DNA of 64,000 nt. Source: Vicugna vicugna (taxonomy: Eukaryota). The notes below the pieces were generated by a model. The model had not been told where the DNA came from, searched no databases, and saw only the letters and a program-made list of their open reading frames with translations. The DNA lies in NCBI GenBank assembly GCA_013265495.1, contig MU057632.1, forward strand, positions 790,054-854,053, given 5' to 3'. Position numbers and translations under genes: made by a program. Positions 13,880 to 27,500 of this stretch are shown piece by piece; position 1 is the stretch's first letter, and each line of letters begins with the position of its first letter.

Positions 13880-14185
13880 TGTCCATCTATCTATCTATCT
13901 AGTTATCTGTCTGCCTGTCTATCTACATATTTATCTACCTATCCATCTACCTGTCTATCTATCTATATGTCCATCTGTCTATGTTTATCTGTCCATCCAT
14001 GTCTGTCTGTCCATCTGTCATCTGTATATCTGTATGTCCATGTCTATCTGCCTATCTACCTATTTACATTTCTGTCTATATGTCTATCTGTTCATCTGTC
14101 TGTTCATCTGTCTACCTATCTACCTGTCTGTCGTCCATCCGTAAATCTATCAGTTATCCGTCTGTCTGTCTATCTGAACAGCTAT
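13880..14185. repeat. Degenerate (TCTA/TCTG/TCCA)n tetranucleotide array, ~300 bp
   Basis: Directly visible; explains ORFs 13967..14230 and 13981..14187. Confidence 0.92.
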
Positions 14186-15711
14186 GACTCTGTGCTCCAC
14201 TTTCTTCCCCAGAGCCCAACATTTTTGTAAAACTGAATTTCTACTTAACAGGATTTTTAGTTCCCAGGACCCTTGTTTCATCATAAGTAAGGTTCCCTAA
14301 AGGATTAGTATCTCCGTAGACCATTAGCCAGGAACAAATTCCATCCCTCTTTACCCATAGCCCTTGAGGTGACCAATTCTTACTGATTTTTCTGACCTCA
14401 ATTTGGAGGCAACATCCTCTGGGAAGCTTTCCAATTTTGCTGCTTACTATTTTATTTCTTCAACTTAACACACAGCTGGGCACATAGCTGTTAATTGAGC
14501 AAATCACTAAGTTGTGCAGATTCCATCTTGACCAAACCTATTGTGACAGCCTGGTATCTACCCCTGGCTTTTTCAATCCACCTTCCAAACTGCGGTTAAA
14601 GGGACATGTAATTTTGGGACTCAAAACCAACCATCACCCTCCCACAGTTAAAGCCTGTCAATGTCTCACAGATGAATAAAGTAAGGTGAAGTTCTATGGC
14701 CTGGCCTGCAAGGTCATACGTAACCCAACCTCCAAGAATTCCTCCAGGTCTGTTTTCAGCCCTCTCTCCCATCTCCTGAATCCTGTTCTCCCTCCCAAAG
14801 TAGGTATGGTTTCTCCAAACTCAAGGGGCTGTTTCAAGCCTCAGTATTTTTTCCTATTGTTCCTTTCTCATAGACTACTCTGTTCTTCATGTCCTTTCAT
14901 ACTCATTTCCTTTCATACGGCTGCATTAGCTTGTGTCACCTGTTTAGGAACTATTTCCTAATCTCCTCTGCAGCCCACTTGTCCCTTGCGTTCTCACTGT
15001 ACCTTGTGCGCACCTCTGTAGCAGCTATGACATCTGGATGCACACATTCACTTCTATCCATGTCACCACCTACTCTCAATACTTGTTGGAAGAGTGAATG
15101 TATGTTAATTGGATTTTTGGTGCTTTTTTTTTTTTAACAGTTTTTTAACAGCTATGTGAAAAAATCTATCAGTATCTTGCACCTAAATGTATTTCAAAAA
15201 TTTGTAGAGCTGAATGAACTGCAGACAAAAGATCAATCATCCATTAATTTCTACATTAACTCAACAAATATCTTTGTTTATAATATACAAGTAGACTCTT
15301 AGATTATCCATTTGCAGAAAAGAGGTTTTTAAGAAGATGGTGTTATTCAGGTAAATAATAGACACTCAAAATATTTGCATATTTCAGGCCAGATATTCAT
15401 TGGTAACATTTCAGTCATCTCAGAAACAAAGTATTAATGTCTTTATATATATATATATATGAGTGCACTGAATTTAATCCTCTTCGTAAACAAAATTGTG
15501 ATTAGAAGAAATGGATGAGACTTTTCTTAAGCCCTAGGACTTCAGGGCTGCCTTCAAAGTACCTATTTTTTTTTTTTTGAATGAGGCTACTCCCATGAAC
15601 GTCTTTAAACATCACCCTTTGTGTTTAAGCACGGATCACATAAAATGAGAGTGCAGGCGCCCCAGAATGCGTCAGTGAAACGGAAGATGTGGCACGGCAC
15701 GACAAGCCTAC

Positions 15712-15783
15712 CTTTCTGCATCAGAGGCAGTGCCTTTCCTAGTCTGTTTTTGGGTGCTAGATCTTTCAGACTTTCTGGAGTGC
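15712..15783 (-). CDS. RIMS1: RIMS1 cassette exon (72 nt): (R)HSRKSERSSTQKQTRKGTASDAE
   Basis: cacag|G CAC TCC AGA AAG...GCA GAA AG|gtaggc; phase 2-2. Confidence 0.93.
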
Positions 15784-16710
15784 CTGTGGGATGAGATGTT
15801 AAAGAAATACAAAATATATGATGAATAAAGCTACAGTCATCTCATACAATGATAAAAAGCAATAGATGTGAAAAACGGCAACTATTTTTACCGACTATTT
15901 TCAAATAAAATTAAAATAAAAATCAGGACTGATGCTGTGTGGAAGACCAGGAGGCACAAGAAGCTGACATCCCGTCAGTCTAGACAAGTGAGTCTACACT
16001 TGTGATTTCACGGGGACTCCTGCTGACCACCGCGCCTCCCCCGAGGAGCAGACAAACTTGATGATCAAACTGGTGAAACGCGGTGATGGTAAATGTGATG
16101 ACTGCCATGGGTGAGGTGGTGAAGACCACAAATGGGTGACGTGTCCTCCGCTTTTACAGGCTGAAACTGGGTGCTCCGAAGAGTTTTCCCTTTGCTTTTT
16201 GTTCTTTTTTTCTCCCATAAAATTATGAAGAGAAGAAAAAGGCTACAGCAAAATGTGTTGGACATAAATAAAAGTATTTAAAAATCAACTGTTCAAATTA
16301 TTTTTAAAAATTATCGTAAAGGTACTTTTGCAGCATTTTAAAAAGCTAATCATCGATCACAAATCAAAGAATTAAGTTCCCAACTTATTCCACATTCTAG
16401 AAGTACGCATGTGTATTGAATATTCAAAACTTGAAATGCATTTTCCCATAGAAATAATGTTTATGCATAGAGTTTACTTCCCCAAGGTTGCTTACATAAG
16501 CCTATTTAGCCTAAAATGTGTCTGGACTATTATCTATTTGAAATAAATTTAAAAATTTTGTGATCAAGAAAGTCACACTTACTCAAAAAAAATGAGAAAC
16601 CATAAAAATTAATATATTTTTATCTCAATAATTGATTATTTACAGTTCATCCTTATTTTTCTTTTCTGATACTGCTTCCTTCCAACAATGTCAAGGAGAA
16701 AACTGTGTGT

Positions 16711-16895
16711 TTTTTTTTTTTTTGAGATGTTATTGACACACAACAGTACATTAATTTCAGGTGTACAACATAATGATTCAATATTTACATATACTGCAAA
16801 GTTGTCACCCCAGTAAGCCCAGGCAACATCTATCGCCTCACAACTTAGGAACTGTTTTTCCCTGTGATGAGAACTTTTAAGATCTACTCTCTTAT
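16711..16895 (-). mobile_element. Old L1 (L1MA-like) 3' end
   Basis: T-tract followed by ttcaggtgtacaacataatgattca...gtgatgagaacttttaagatctactctctta. Confidence 0.72.
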
Positions 16896-17943
16896 CTTCA
16901 TTCTTCTTACTTATTAATGTTACATATTCTGAGCGTGCAGTCCCGTGCAGCACAGAGATGCGGATGAAAGTACAAAGTCCACCCTCACAGGGCAATTCTG
17001 GGGACGCTTCTCCCTCCCTGTCTCTCTCACAGTTGCCAAAAAGTAAGCTCACACTATTCTGCCCCTCAGACTCAGAATCTGGGTTTAGAATCTGGGTTCC
17101 GCTTTCTGTTTTTCAGTCTTCTGTTACTCTGACATCTCACTCTGGAGGAGGTGAAAAAATTGAAGGGACAGTGGAGGGGGCTGTCTCTCCTTCATCACTT
17201 CCCTTTCCTGGTCAGAAAACAGGATATTCAAGAAAACCCTGTGCCGGGGACTGAGGGAGGCGTTGCCTTATTTTCGCTTCCCAAGGATCCTTTCAGAAGG
17301 TGCCACCTTCATTTCACAGATGAGGACACGGGCTCAGGGCAGGGCCACACAGTCAGCAAGAGGCAGAGCTGGGACCAGAATGTCAGTGTGTCTGGCTCCT
17401 GAGCTGTTTCTGTCCAGCAAAGAGAATGAAGGAGGTTGATTCTGACGCACACCCTCTGGATGCACCCTTGTTCAGGAAGGGAAGAGACCAGGGCATCTGG
17501 CACAGGCGGGGGAGCACTAGGAGAGCCTCTCTAAGATGCTACGGGGGATAGTTCTCATTTACTTTGTTGACTGCATGGCTGGGACAGAGGACCACAGGGT
17601 GGGAAAGAGCAGAACAGGATTTAGCACAAACCTGCAGTCAGCGGGGGATGGTTGTTGGGAGGGGACAAAAATTCCTGAAGCAAAGGGAAGGAAGGCATCT
17701 AGGGAGTAGAAGGAGCCCCAGGGAGGGGAGGAGAGGGGCAGAGGAAGAAAGTCTGCAGGCCCAGGAGGGATGTGAGCTCCAAAAAAAAGTAGTCTATCGT
17801 TTGCAGAAATTTATGCTTGGCCCCAAGTGTGCTCAGAGACTGGGAGAACCCAGATCCTTTTTCTCATCTTCAGAAAAGCAAGAGCCAAAGGAGAACTCAG
17901 AGTCAGGCCAATTCATGAAACTCACTGTCACAGAGGGTTTTCA

Positions 17944-18200
17944 CTCATTCATTCATTCATTCATTCATTCATTCATTCATTCATTTTGCATGTATCTGTT
18001 GAGCATGTATCTGTCTGTTCTGGTGCTTGGACTATGTCTGTGAACAAAACAGACCAAGATTTCTGCCTTCGAGCCATTTGTATTTTATTGGTAGAAGGCA
18101 AACAATAAGCACAAACAACCAAAAACCCTCAACGAAGTAAAGCATACAACATGTTAGAAGGTGATAAATGTTAACGACAATAGCAGTAAGTAAACTGGGA
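17944..18200 (-). mobile_element. L2 3' end with (TTCA)n tail
   Basis: About 10 TTCA units followed by ttgagca...gtgcttgg...gtgaacaaaacagac, a typical antisense L2 end. Confidence 0.62.
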
Positions 18201-18639
18201 CAAGGAGGCTCAGAAATGTAGGGGAGGGCCAGGGGGTGGGGGACAGGTGCAGACTGCAGGTTCAAGTAGGATGCTCTGGGAGGTTCAGGCGACAGGAAGC
18301 AGACCAGAAAGGAAAGTGTGGAGAGAGCAGAGGCAGGGGACGAGAGTCTGAGGGTGGAGGGCAAGGGGTGTGTGGAATCTGGTGGGTCTTGGTACCAGTG
18401 TGCCACCTCTGCACGACGAAAGGGTGACAGACATCTTTTAGAATGTGTCTGCTTCTCTCCTACCCCTTGTAATTTCTAGTCATTTGTCTAGACCCAACAG
18501 AGATGTTATTTCTTCTATAAAACCTTCAACTCTCCCTCTTCTCATCCCTAAAACTTAATGGATTCATACAGTAGACTGATTATCACAGGAACTGATGATG
18601 GTCACGATGACAACCATTATGACACAAATATCTAGCATG

Positions 18640-19020
18640 TACTAAGAACTTGCTGCATTATCTCATCGAAGTTCACCCATTCAATGAGGAAGGTCCTACT
18701 CTTTCATTCTTTTTAACAGCAAGGAGATTGAGGCTTAGAGAGGTTAAGTAATTTGCTCCAACTCACACAGTCCTTACATGTTAACCTATGAGACAAACTC
18801 AAGAGTCCATGATCTCAATACTGTTGAATGCATTATATCTTTGGCAAAAATGACACTGGAACACAGTGGCTAACAGCATGGATTTTAGAGTCAGTGTAGG
18901 CTTGAGCTCCATTCTGCTTCTGACTAGCCGGGTGATTTCAGTTAAGTTACGTAACCTCTCTGTGCCTCAGTTTTTCCCATCTGCAAAGTGGCAAGAAAAA
19001 TACTACCACCTCTCAGACTT
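18640..19020. mobile_element. Two MIR fragments in opposite orientation (~18640-18830 minus, ~18860-19020 plus)
   Basis: gagattgaggcttagagaggttaagtaatttgctc (reverse core) and ttacgtaacctctctgtgcctcagtttttcccatctgcaaagtgg (forward core). Confidence 0.62.
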
Positions 19021-19559
19021 GCTAATTCCATTTCAATATTAATTAGTATTTTCAGTGTTTGTTTTATTACATAAATAAGGACTTGGAGTGGTTTTAGCAT
19101 TACTTAGACTAGCAAGAGAAAAATGCTATAAAAGTATTATTTAAAATGGTAATCATATATATTTGTTTCTTGAAGGTAAAGACTCTTATTCATCAAACTC
19201 AAACATGAATAACTCAAAGAGGATCAAACTCAGTCAGTGCCCATGACTGGATGACAGATATTCATGTAGAAGTTAATACATCTAACTTCTGTTTTTTGTT
19301 TTTAATCTTCTTATTAAGGGTGTCCCCCGATTTTTCTCTTCAAATGCCATAGAAACTTATTTTACTGAAGATTCTTCTAGAGTTTTCTACAAACGACATG
19401 CCCTTATAATTCTTCTAACCACTTAAAAGAATCCTCAAATTGAATTAAAATGACATACAGTTAATTGTAATAATTCAGTGTAAAGCAAAAATAGAGGAGA
19501 AAATAGAAAATTCTGTCTCTTCTACTCCAAATCCTAAGTTATAGTTATGAATATAATGC

Positions 19560-19692
19560 ATTTTAAAAATTAATTTGGAGGGGGAGGTAATTAGGTTTAT
19601 TTATCTATTTATTTAATGGAGGTACTGGGGCTTGAACCCAAGACCTTGTGCATGCTAAGCATGCAGTCTACCACTGAGCTATACCTTCCCCC
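19560..19692 (-). mobile_element. Vic-1-type SINE
   Basis: Full head plus ggggaggtaattaggtttattt tail on the reverse strand. Confidence 0.87.
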
Positions 19693-22600
19693 TTGTACTG
19701 TATATTTTAAATACAGCTCTTTCTTGGAATAGAGTTTATAATATGTGTAAAATAGGAAAGGTTAGAACAGTCAATTTATGTTCATGTATGATACTACTAA
19801 AGCTACTGATCATGTAGTCATAAAAAATGAACAGAGTGGAATGAATTACCTTCTAACTTACAAGAGTCTCTCCTAAGTTCCTTATGGTCAGGAACTGTGT
19901 CTGTTTGGGTCATGACTGTTAACAGCAATACCCAGCACAGAGTAGCTTCTCAATAAATATTTGTTGAAAAGGTGGCTTCAAAAGTAGTATTTTGAGTATT
20001 ATACTGGAACTCGAGAGTCTAAAAAGTTTTAACATGTAAAAACTTAACTAGGGTTATAAAATTCAGTTTACATCAAATCAAATGAATTCAGACATAAAAC
20101 TCTGCAATGTTTTCTGGTCTTTGGTAAAACATAAAATACGAGAAATAAAAAATGTCCTCAGTTATCGCTTTATGCATAACGAAGTGTCAGTCAATATTAC
20201 TGGTCTAATGGATGCTTATCATGATGCAACAAGGCAGCGTGGACTCAGTTTTAGATTCTAAAGGGATAGGATTCAGCTAGTCTATCGACAACTACCTAAG
20301 TCTACAGACAAGGAAGATGAGTCACAGAGAGGTTAAGTGATGGTGAGGACACCATCCTCCTGTCCCCATGTCCTGTGTTCTCTGTCCACTCTGCCATCCA
20401 GTGACCTTGAACAACTGCATGCTTACTGGAGGGGTCATTTGATAAACACAAACACAACAGAGCTACATATTTCCATTGTATCTTATTTACTTGGGGTTTT
20501 AACATGTTTTCTGTTCTCCTAAAATGTTATTATTTTATTATTCATAAAGAAGATTTCTTTGGTTTAGGCGTGCAAGAATCAGAAATCCTGAGTTTCTTCT
20601 TTACTTCACAACTTCTAGTTGTATGATTTTGGCCTTATGTTTCTTTTTTCACAGGGCACAAATAAAGTTCCTTAAAATCTATAAAGGTCCATTCCAATGT
20701 AAGGTATTACAATAATTACTGTATTATTAAACTGAAGCAAGAGTAATAATCACAAGTGGGGGTGTCCACATTAAATCAAATTTTCTTGGTATTTCATTTT
20801 CAATTATTATTCTCTATTTATGTATGAAGACTCATAAAATGTGCTAATGAAAAGAAAGGCAACTGTTAAAATCTGTTTCTGTGCTCTTTTTCTTTCCTCA
20901 TCGATAACTAAATTTAGTTAGAGCAATTCCCTGAAGACATTGGTGAAGACAACTTTTCTGGAGATCTTAGACAATTCTAAAAGTGTGAAATTAATATGTT
21001 ACTAAAATGAAAATATGCTATGTTTTGTTTTGGGGAAAATGTAATAAATACTACCACATAATGTTTTAATTATAATTAACATTGATGATCATAAGAATAC
21101 TTCTGTATCTCTCCTGGCTGACTACTGAGACAGCTTAATGTGAAATGCAGACCTCTATCATCTTGCTTCCTCATAAGCTGAGGAAGAAACAAATTAAATT
21201 TAGATAGAATCTACCTAAATAAGAAATGTCCGTATGCAGTGAGATGGGTTCAGGCCATTAAGATACATTTACCCTTTTGTTTATTATTGACATTTATGTA
21301 TATGACTATAGACATTAAATAGACTCACTAAGTATTTTAGTACATAGCTACATTTCATTCATTCAAATAAAGGACTTTTTCTGAAAAGCACAGATAAGAA
21401 AGGATGTTATGAAGCAAACAAAAATGATTAGTAATGCACTGAATTCATAAGTGATTCCACATTAACTCTACATCTATGTGACAACTGTCATGAAATCTGG
21501 AAATGAAAAAGTGGGTGATTTCTTCATCCCAGAAATATTCTCAATGTAGAAAGAATCTGTCTACTTTGAATAAAAAGAAACCACCGGATACTGCTGCTTC
21601 CAAGTGACAAGTGTGGAACACTATAGAAATCTGGTTATTTGCAAAAGAAATCAGAGCTACATTAGCAGAATAATTCAGGAATTAATTTAAAATGCAGTGG
21701 GACACTTTACTTGCACTAACCATTTAAAATTCTGGAATACTGGGTTATTTTATCAAATATTTTCCATGTTTAAGTTAAAACAACAAATTGCATCCTTAAA
21801 AATATCATGTACTCAGATGCAAAAATATTCTTAATCAAAACATTGGAGTCAATAAGTTTAAGCTAATAAAGTATTAAAACACATCTGAAAATGTACTTTA
21901 AGTAAGAAAATATTTTATCACCTCATATTTATTAGAAAACGGTCAATATCAAAACTTTTTTTAAAAATTAAAAAGGATATATGGAGTTCTCTTGAAAAAA
22001 TACTTTGCAGAATATTGAATTAGATGATAATGAAAGTAATAATAATAGTAATTTATACTTGCCTTTCACAATTAGGGATGATTCATTTAATTGTAAACAC
22101 TAAACTCAGAACCTTGATACTTCAGAGAGTCTATTAAAATACATTTTTTCTAACTCCCACTACTCACAAATTTTGCTTAGTCTGAAGCCACAAGTAGATC
22201 TCCATTTTATTAAGATTTATAACAGACTTATGTACACATAGGTTCATAAAAGTTACTATTTATATATTGAAATAATGTCATTTACAAATAAATACTTCGT
22301 TATTAGAATGATGATTCTTATAAGTTTCAACATTTTTAGTAATAAAACTGCAAGAAAACTTTCACTAGAATTTTCAACTTAAAAACATAGAATTTTCAAG
22401 TCAAAAACATTCCCTGGGGTTACAAGTTCATATACTGTTTCTTCATCACTGTTTTAAATAATCCTACAACTTCTAGGAAAATTCCTGGATCTAGATAAAC
22501 ATGCTTCCATGTTAATTCCAAATAAAGCTATGGTATCATGTGAGATGATATTAAGATTTCTTGTAGTTAAAATTAAATTATGAAGAAATGGTACATTAAA

Positions 22601-24429
22601 AATTGTGTGTGTGTGTTTGTACACATGCCTATTATGAGAAATAAGACAGCAATTCAATGTTTTCCAACTTACTAAAAAGCTCTCTTAAGTAAAAATTTAC
22701 TTTTTATATTACTATGCTATTTTTAAAATAATCCAATATGCCTTGATACGAGATGTCCAAAGGCTGACTATATAAGTTGTCATTGATTTTACAATTTCTT
22801 TTAGCTACTACAGACCTAGGGCAAAAGCCACCTGATGCCCAGATTCTCAGGAACATTCACTGTCTCCAAATCTGATGCCATGTTCTCTTCATTTGCAAAT
22901 TGGTAGAAACTTCTGAATAAGTAAATAAAGCTAATAAGGGGTGAAGTGCAAGGGTTAAGTGTTCCCAAATGGTTGGCATGGTTACCTATGAATTAAGCAT
23001 CACTTGAGCAGTAATCTCTCTCTGAGTGGTGGAAATCTCTCTCCCATTTTTATGGGCACTTAGGATTTTAATAAAAGCTCATGTAAATAATATTCTGTTC
23101 CCTACAGTAATAAATCATAGTATCAAGCCATGTAAAAATGTACTTCCTTTGGTTGAACATAGAATTTACTTACAAATAAGTCACAGTAGAAAAGCAAAAT
23201 GAATGTTCAGAATTACGTTAATAGGAAGAGTTTCTGTTAATAATCTCACCTAAAAGGACCATTTCTGCTTCTAAAATCTACCTTTAAAATTATACAGAAT
23301 CTATGAAATCAAATATCATAATTGATTTATCTGTCATTAAAAGGCAACTAATTTTCAATCTATCTTCATTGCACATATGTAAGAACTGAAACTACTATTT
23401 GGATTTCCATGTTGCTTAGTCTATACCCAGATAAACTTACATTTATGTTCATTACAAAGAGCATCTTATTTAACTGTCTTAAACTCTAGCAGTCACTACT
23501 ACATAAGGTGAAACCCAGAGCTGTCTTTCATAAAAGGAAATCCTACATTCCTTGATGGTCATGACAGTGCTTTACTTAAACACCGTTGTGACTCTCACCG
23601 TTAGAATACTGCACACAGTAGGGGAACAGGAAACATTGTGTTGATTGAATTTCTGCTTAGACCAGAAGGAAAGCTGCCAAAACACCCCAGAACTTTTTGT
23701 GACAGGTTAGGAAAAGATATTTAAAGATATGGACCATATATAACCACCATAAAACAGGAGAAGTGGGTTAACTGCACCTGAGACAAAAAACAAAGCAATG
23801 GAAAAAAGACATTGTGGCACTTCCGAATTACAGCGTGAAGTTGATTCGAAGCTCTGATAGTATTTTTAAAGACCTACCTTGTTGATTTACCCTAGCCCTT
23901 AACAACGTTTGGCACAAAGATACTATGCATAAAATATATAAGAACCAGGTATTCCACCTTAAATCAGGTAACATACCCCAAGGCCTAAACATCATTATTA
24001 GCGAAACGAGACAACCAAGATCAAACCATCAACCGACGTAAGAAAGAGCAGGTTCTGTGATAGACTTTTAATATGTTTTAAAGCACCTGAGAATTTTAAC
24101 TTATTCAAGTGCAAAAAAAAACAAGAGTCAAATATGTTTCCAGAATATCAAAACACTTAACGAATGCACGTTAAGACAGAACTCTCCCGCTGGGTCTGAC
24201 TTTACTGTGTTTAAACCATGCCACGTGCATGGTACCCTCATTTCAGTAAAGATTCTGAGGTGCTTTATCAGATAGAGGTGGATGCATTTACTTTTGGAAT
24301 CACAGCATCTTTGACTGTGGCCCCTGGAAGGAAGGTGTCATAACCACATTGCTGTTAGTTATTACCCTTTACTTGGTGGCCTACAAGCCCCTGGAGGCCA
24401 CTTGTCTGTGAGGAAGGGGTGACTAGTAC

Positions 24430-24513
24430 CTGTCATTCTCCGGAGAGGCATGCTGGATTTGAATCCTGGGGCTACGAGGCCGTCTCCTATCTAGGGAGGG
24501 GGACCATCTACCC
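24430..24513 (-). CDS. RIMS1: RIMS1 cassette exon (84 nt): (R)GRWSPSLDRRRPRSPRIQIQHASPEND
   Basis: accag|G GGT AGA TGG TCC...AAT GAC AG|gtacta; lies in ORF 24423..24605; phase 2-2. Confidence 0.93.
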
Positions 24514-27500
24514 CTGGTTGCCCAATGAACGAGACAGGAAAAAACAGGACATTTAGTAACTCCTAAAATAAAAGAATATATGGAACAACAGGACTGGAAA
24601 AGCACCCCAAGAAGGCAAAGTGTAGAGTCTTTGCTCCATCACGCACTCTTCATTTTTATAAGCCTTGGAAAGATCAATAAAATTGTAAGAAAATAAAACT
24701 TGTAACCTTACATGAGACTAGAGAAACACAACTTATTTGGGAAGATGCTTGAAATCTATTAAGTGTAGTTTTTGTTCTTTTAAATGGGCTTGGGTGTGTA
24801 GACATATTTACACACACTCACCAACATGTATAGAACTTTAAAAAGTGATTCCTTAAGAATCTGGATGATGTCTGCATAAAATAGGTTTAATAAGCTATCA
24901 ATGCTGATTTGATGCAAGGCTTTGAAATTATCAGCTAAAGTGTCAAAAAATTAGGTGTGAGAATTTAATACGAAGCAGAAATATGGTCACAGTTTAAGTG
25001 AAGGGAAGAAGTATGCTCTTTAGTCTAGAAACAATAACATGAAGAAATAATTCATGGAAATATTATTGGCAAAGTCTTAAGTTTTCTTGGGGAAAATTGC
25101 AGGGTTAATAACTGAAGTTAAAAAACTGTGAGTCCAAAACACTGATGGGTAGAAGTGGGAAATACAGGTAAAATGCCACGGTCACAAGCACCACCTTTAA
25201 AAAATTCTGCCAATCTTTATTGGCAAAAGTATCTTTCAGTTGACAAACGGTTGTTTCCTTATTTCAGCATTTACAATGATACTGTTCTGGGGATTAACAG
25301 GTAAATGAAAGTTTGAAACTTGGTTCATGCCTTTGATAAACAATCTTGAGATTCTGTCTGTGCATAAATTACAAATATCCAGTCAAATACGGAAAAGAGG
25401 CATTAAGGGACTGAATGAGCTGGACTTGAAAATTTTAATATATTAGATACGAACATTCTCAGCAGGATAATTCCTCTGCATATGGGCTTCTGCACATGCA
25501 ACAAGGGATAACCAAATGGTACCAAAGGGCTGATATAACTATAAGATTTTATGATACTCTAAAGAAGATTCGTCCTGACGTTTTTTAAGAAGCCATCCTT
25601 TTTTGCCATTAATAACTTTGGCTTCGTAGATTTATGGGACGATCTGGACAAAAACAGCCAAGGAGTATCAGCATGTGACCAGGATCTGTGACGTCAGCAG
25701 GTGCTCAACTCTGAAAAGTCCCCTGGGAGCTTGTGCCTCATCAGTTTCAGATGGATGGACTCAGCAGGGGTCATGTCAGGCTTTGAGAGAGTGGTGAACC
25801 AAATAAAGATATTCAATGGCCAAAGCTGGGCAGAAGAGAAAACTCTGTGGCATGTCCTCTTGAATGTGTTACATGTGTGTGAAATTAAAAACATGTGCAT
25901 TGATTCTAAATTATTTCATTATTGCCTATTATTTAAACAGTTGGTCAATACATTTGGAATGCTTTAAAGTATGTTTTTTCACTTGACTGGCAGACAGGCT
26001 AAAGAAAAAAATATTTCTCAGAGAGATGAAAACAATGACACTTCCAGTGTTTTCTACATGAAATCATACTCAGTCATGATTAAACTTATGGTGTTATTTG
26101 AAGACACAAATATAGAATTAAAGTGTTTTTCTTGAAACATTGTTTTCAGGTAATGAGTAATGTTAATTTGCCACGATTATGAGAAACCTTGCTTCCTGAG
26201 GCAAAATTCCAGTCCTTGTGTTTACTGAAACACAAAAGTAAAGAAAAAAACTAAAGAAAAATGCTATAATTATGAAGCATGCAGTAAAAGCTATGGAGGA
26301 GAAAGGTGTACATTCAGAAACAAGCCATTATGAATGCAAGCTAGTCAAACGTAACTTTAAAAGAATTACTTAGCATGATACAGGCACACCTGCATGCTCA
26401 AAGTGCTTCCCAATATGCTGATATGTAGTACCAATGAAAGAAATCTGTTTGCTTTTCTTTCACATCTTGGAAACCATGAGAGAAAGGTCAATTTTCATCC
26501 AACTTTTGTCCAAAGAACAGATATTATGTAAGTTTTAATATCACGCATTTGTGTTATTTAAATAAACTAGTGTTTCATATGTTTTTAAAACAGGTGCAAC
26601 TTCTTTATCTTTTTCTCCTCTCACACAGAAGCAAGGGATCAAAGGAGAATCTTAATTCCCTTATTACTGAGCAAAACACACAGTGTTACCTTCCATTTTT
26701 GTGCCACCAGCTAACATGAGAGCCTGTGTTAGTGGGACTGACCATGAAGTTGAATTAAAACAACCCTTTCTTGATTTCTCTTTCCAAACCATCTTGCAAG
26801 TTACAGTAGCTAGTTGCATTATTAGTACTCTAATGTCAGGTATTCTAAATGCATTCATTCAGGAACATCTACTTGTTGGGAGCCCAGCCCTTCCCCTGTG
26901 CTCAAAACAGGAGGAAAAGGTCGCTGATGGCTGTGGGATTCACCGACGGGTTGTGGGCTCCCTGAATAAGGGAACGGTTTTGTTTTGTTTTTTGTTTTGT
27001 CAGTTACATCAGCTATGCCCACACAGAATAAGTGATCAATAAATATTCGTAAATATTTAAGTAGATAATAAGGAGGTAAGATTTGGGGTACTACTGGTAA
27101 GAAATAATGAGAAACTTAACTAATAAATCAACGGTGGGGACAAGACCACCGATGAGATACAAAGGAACCAGAATTAAGGGTCCTCAGTAAGCAATTCAAT
27201 GGTTCCTACGTTGTGACTTTTACCCAGGCATTGATACACCTTAAAACAAATGTGTGTGTTTAAATGTGTAATTAGCATATGTGTTTGCAAATGTACACAC
27301 CTTTCAATGGTGCATTTCTCCTGGCAGAACATGCCTAAGCAGCTAAATTATTCAAAAGAGAACTTACACGAAGTGTAAATCATTCATTCCATAAGCAGCA
27401 CGAGTAAAGAAAAAGTAACATATTTGAGGAAGTACTGTAATATTGGAAACCAAGCCCGAACAGAGGAGAGAAGTGATCACATTGTATGTGTCTTCTCTGT

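Noticed and set aside
13967..14230. S/V/H/L/Y-rich ORFs
   Set aside because: Translations of the tetranucleotide repeat.
17564..18043. 159-aa ORF containing FIHS repeats
   Set aside because: Purine-rich intron sequence plus the (TTCA)n L2 tail; no coding signature.
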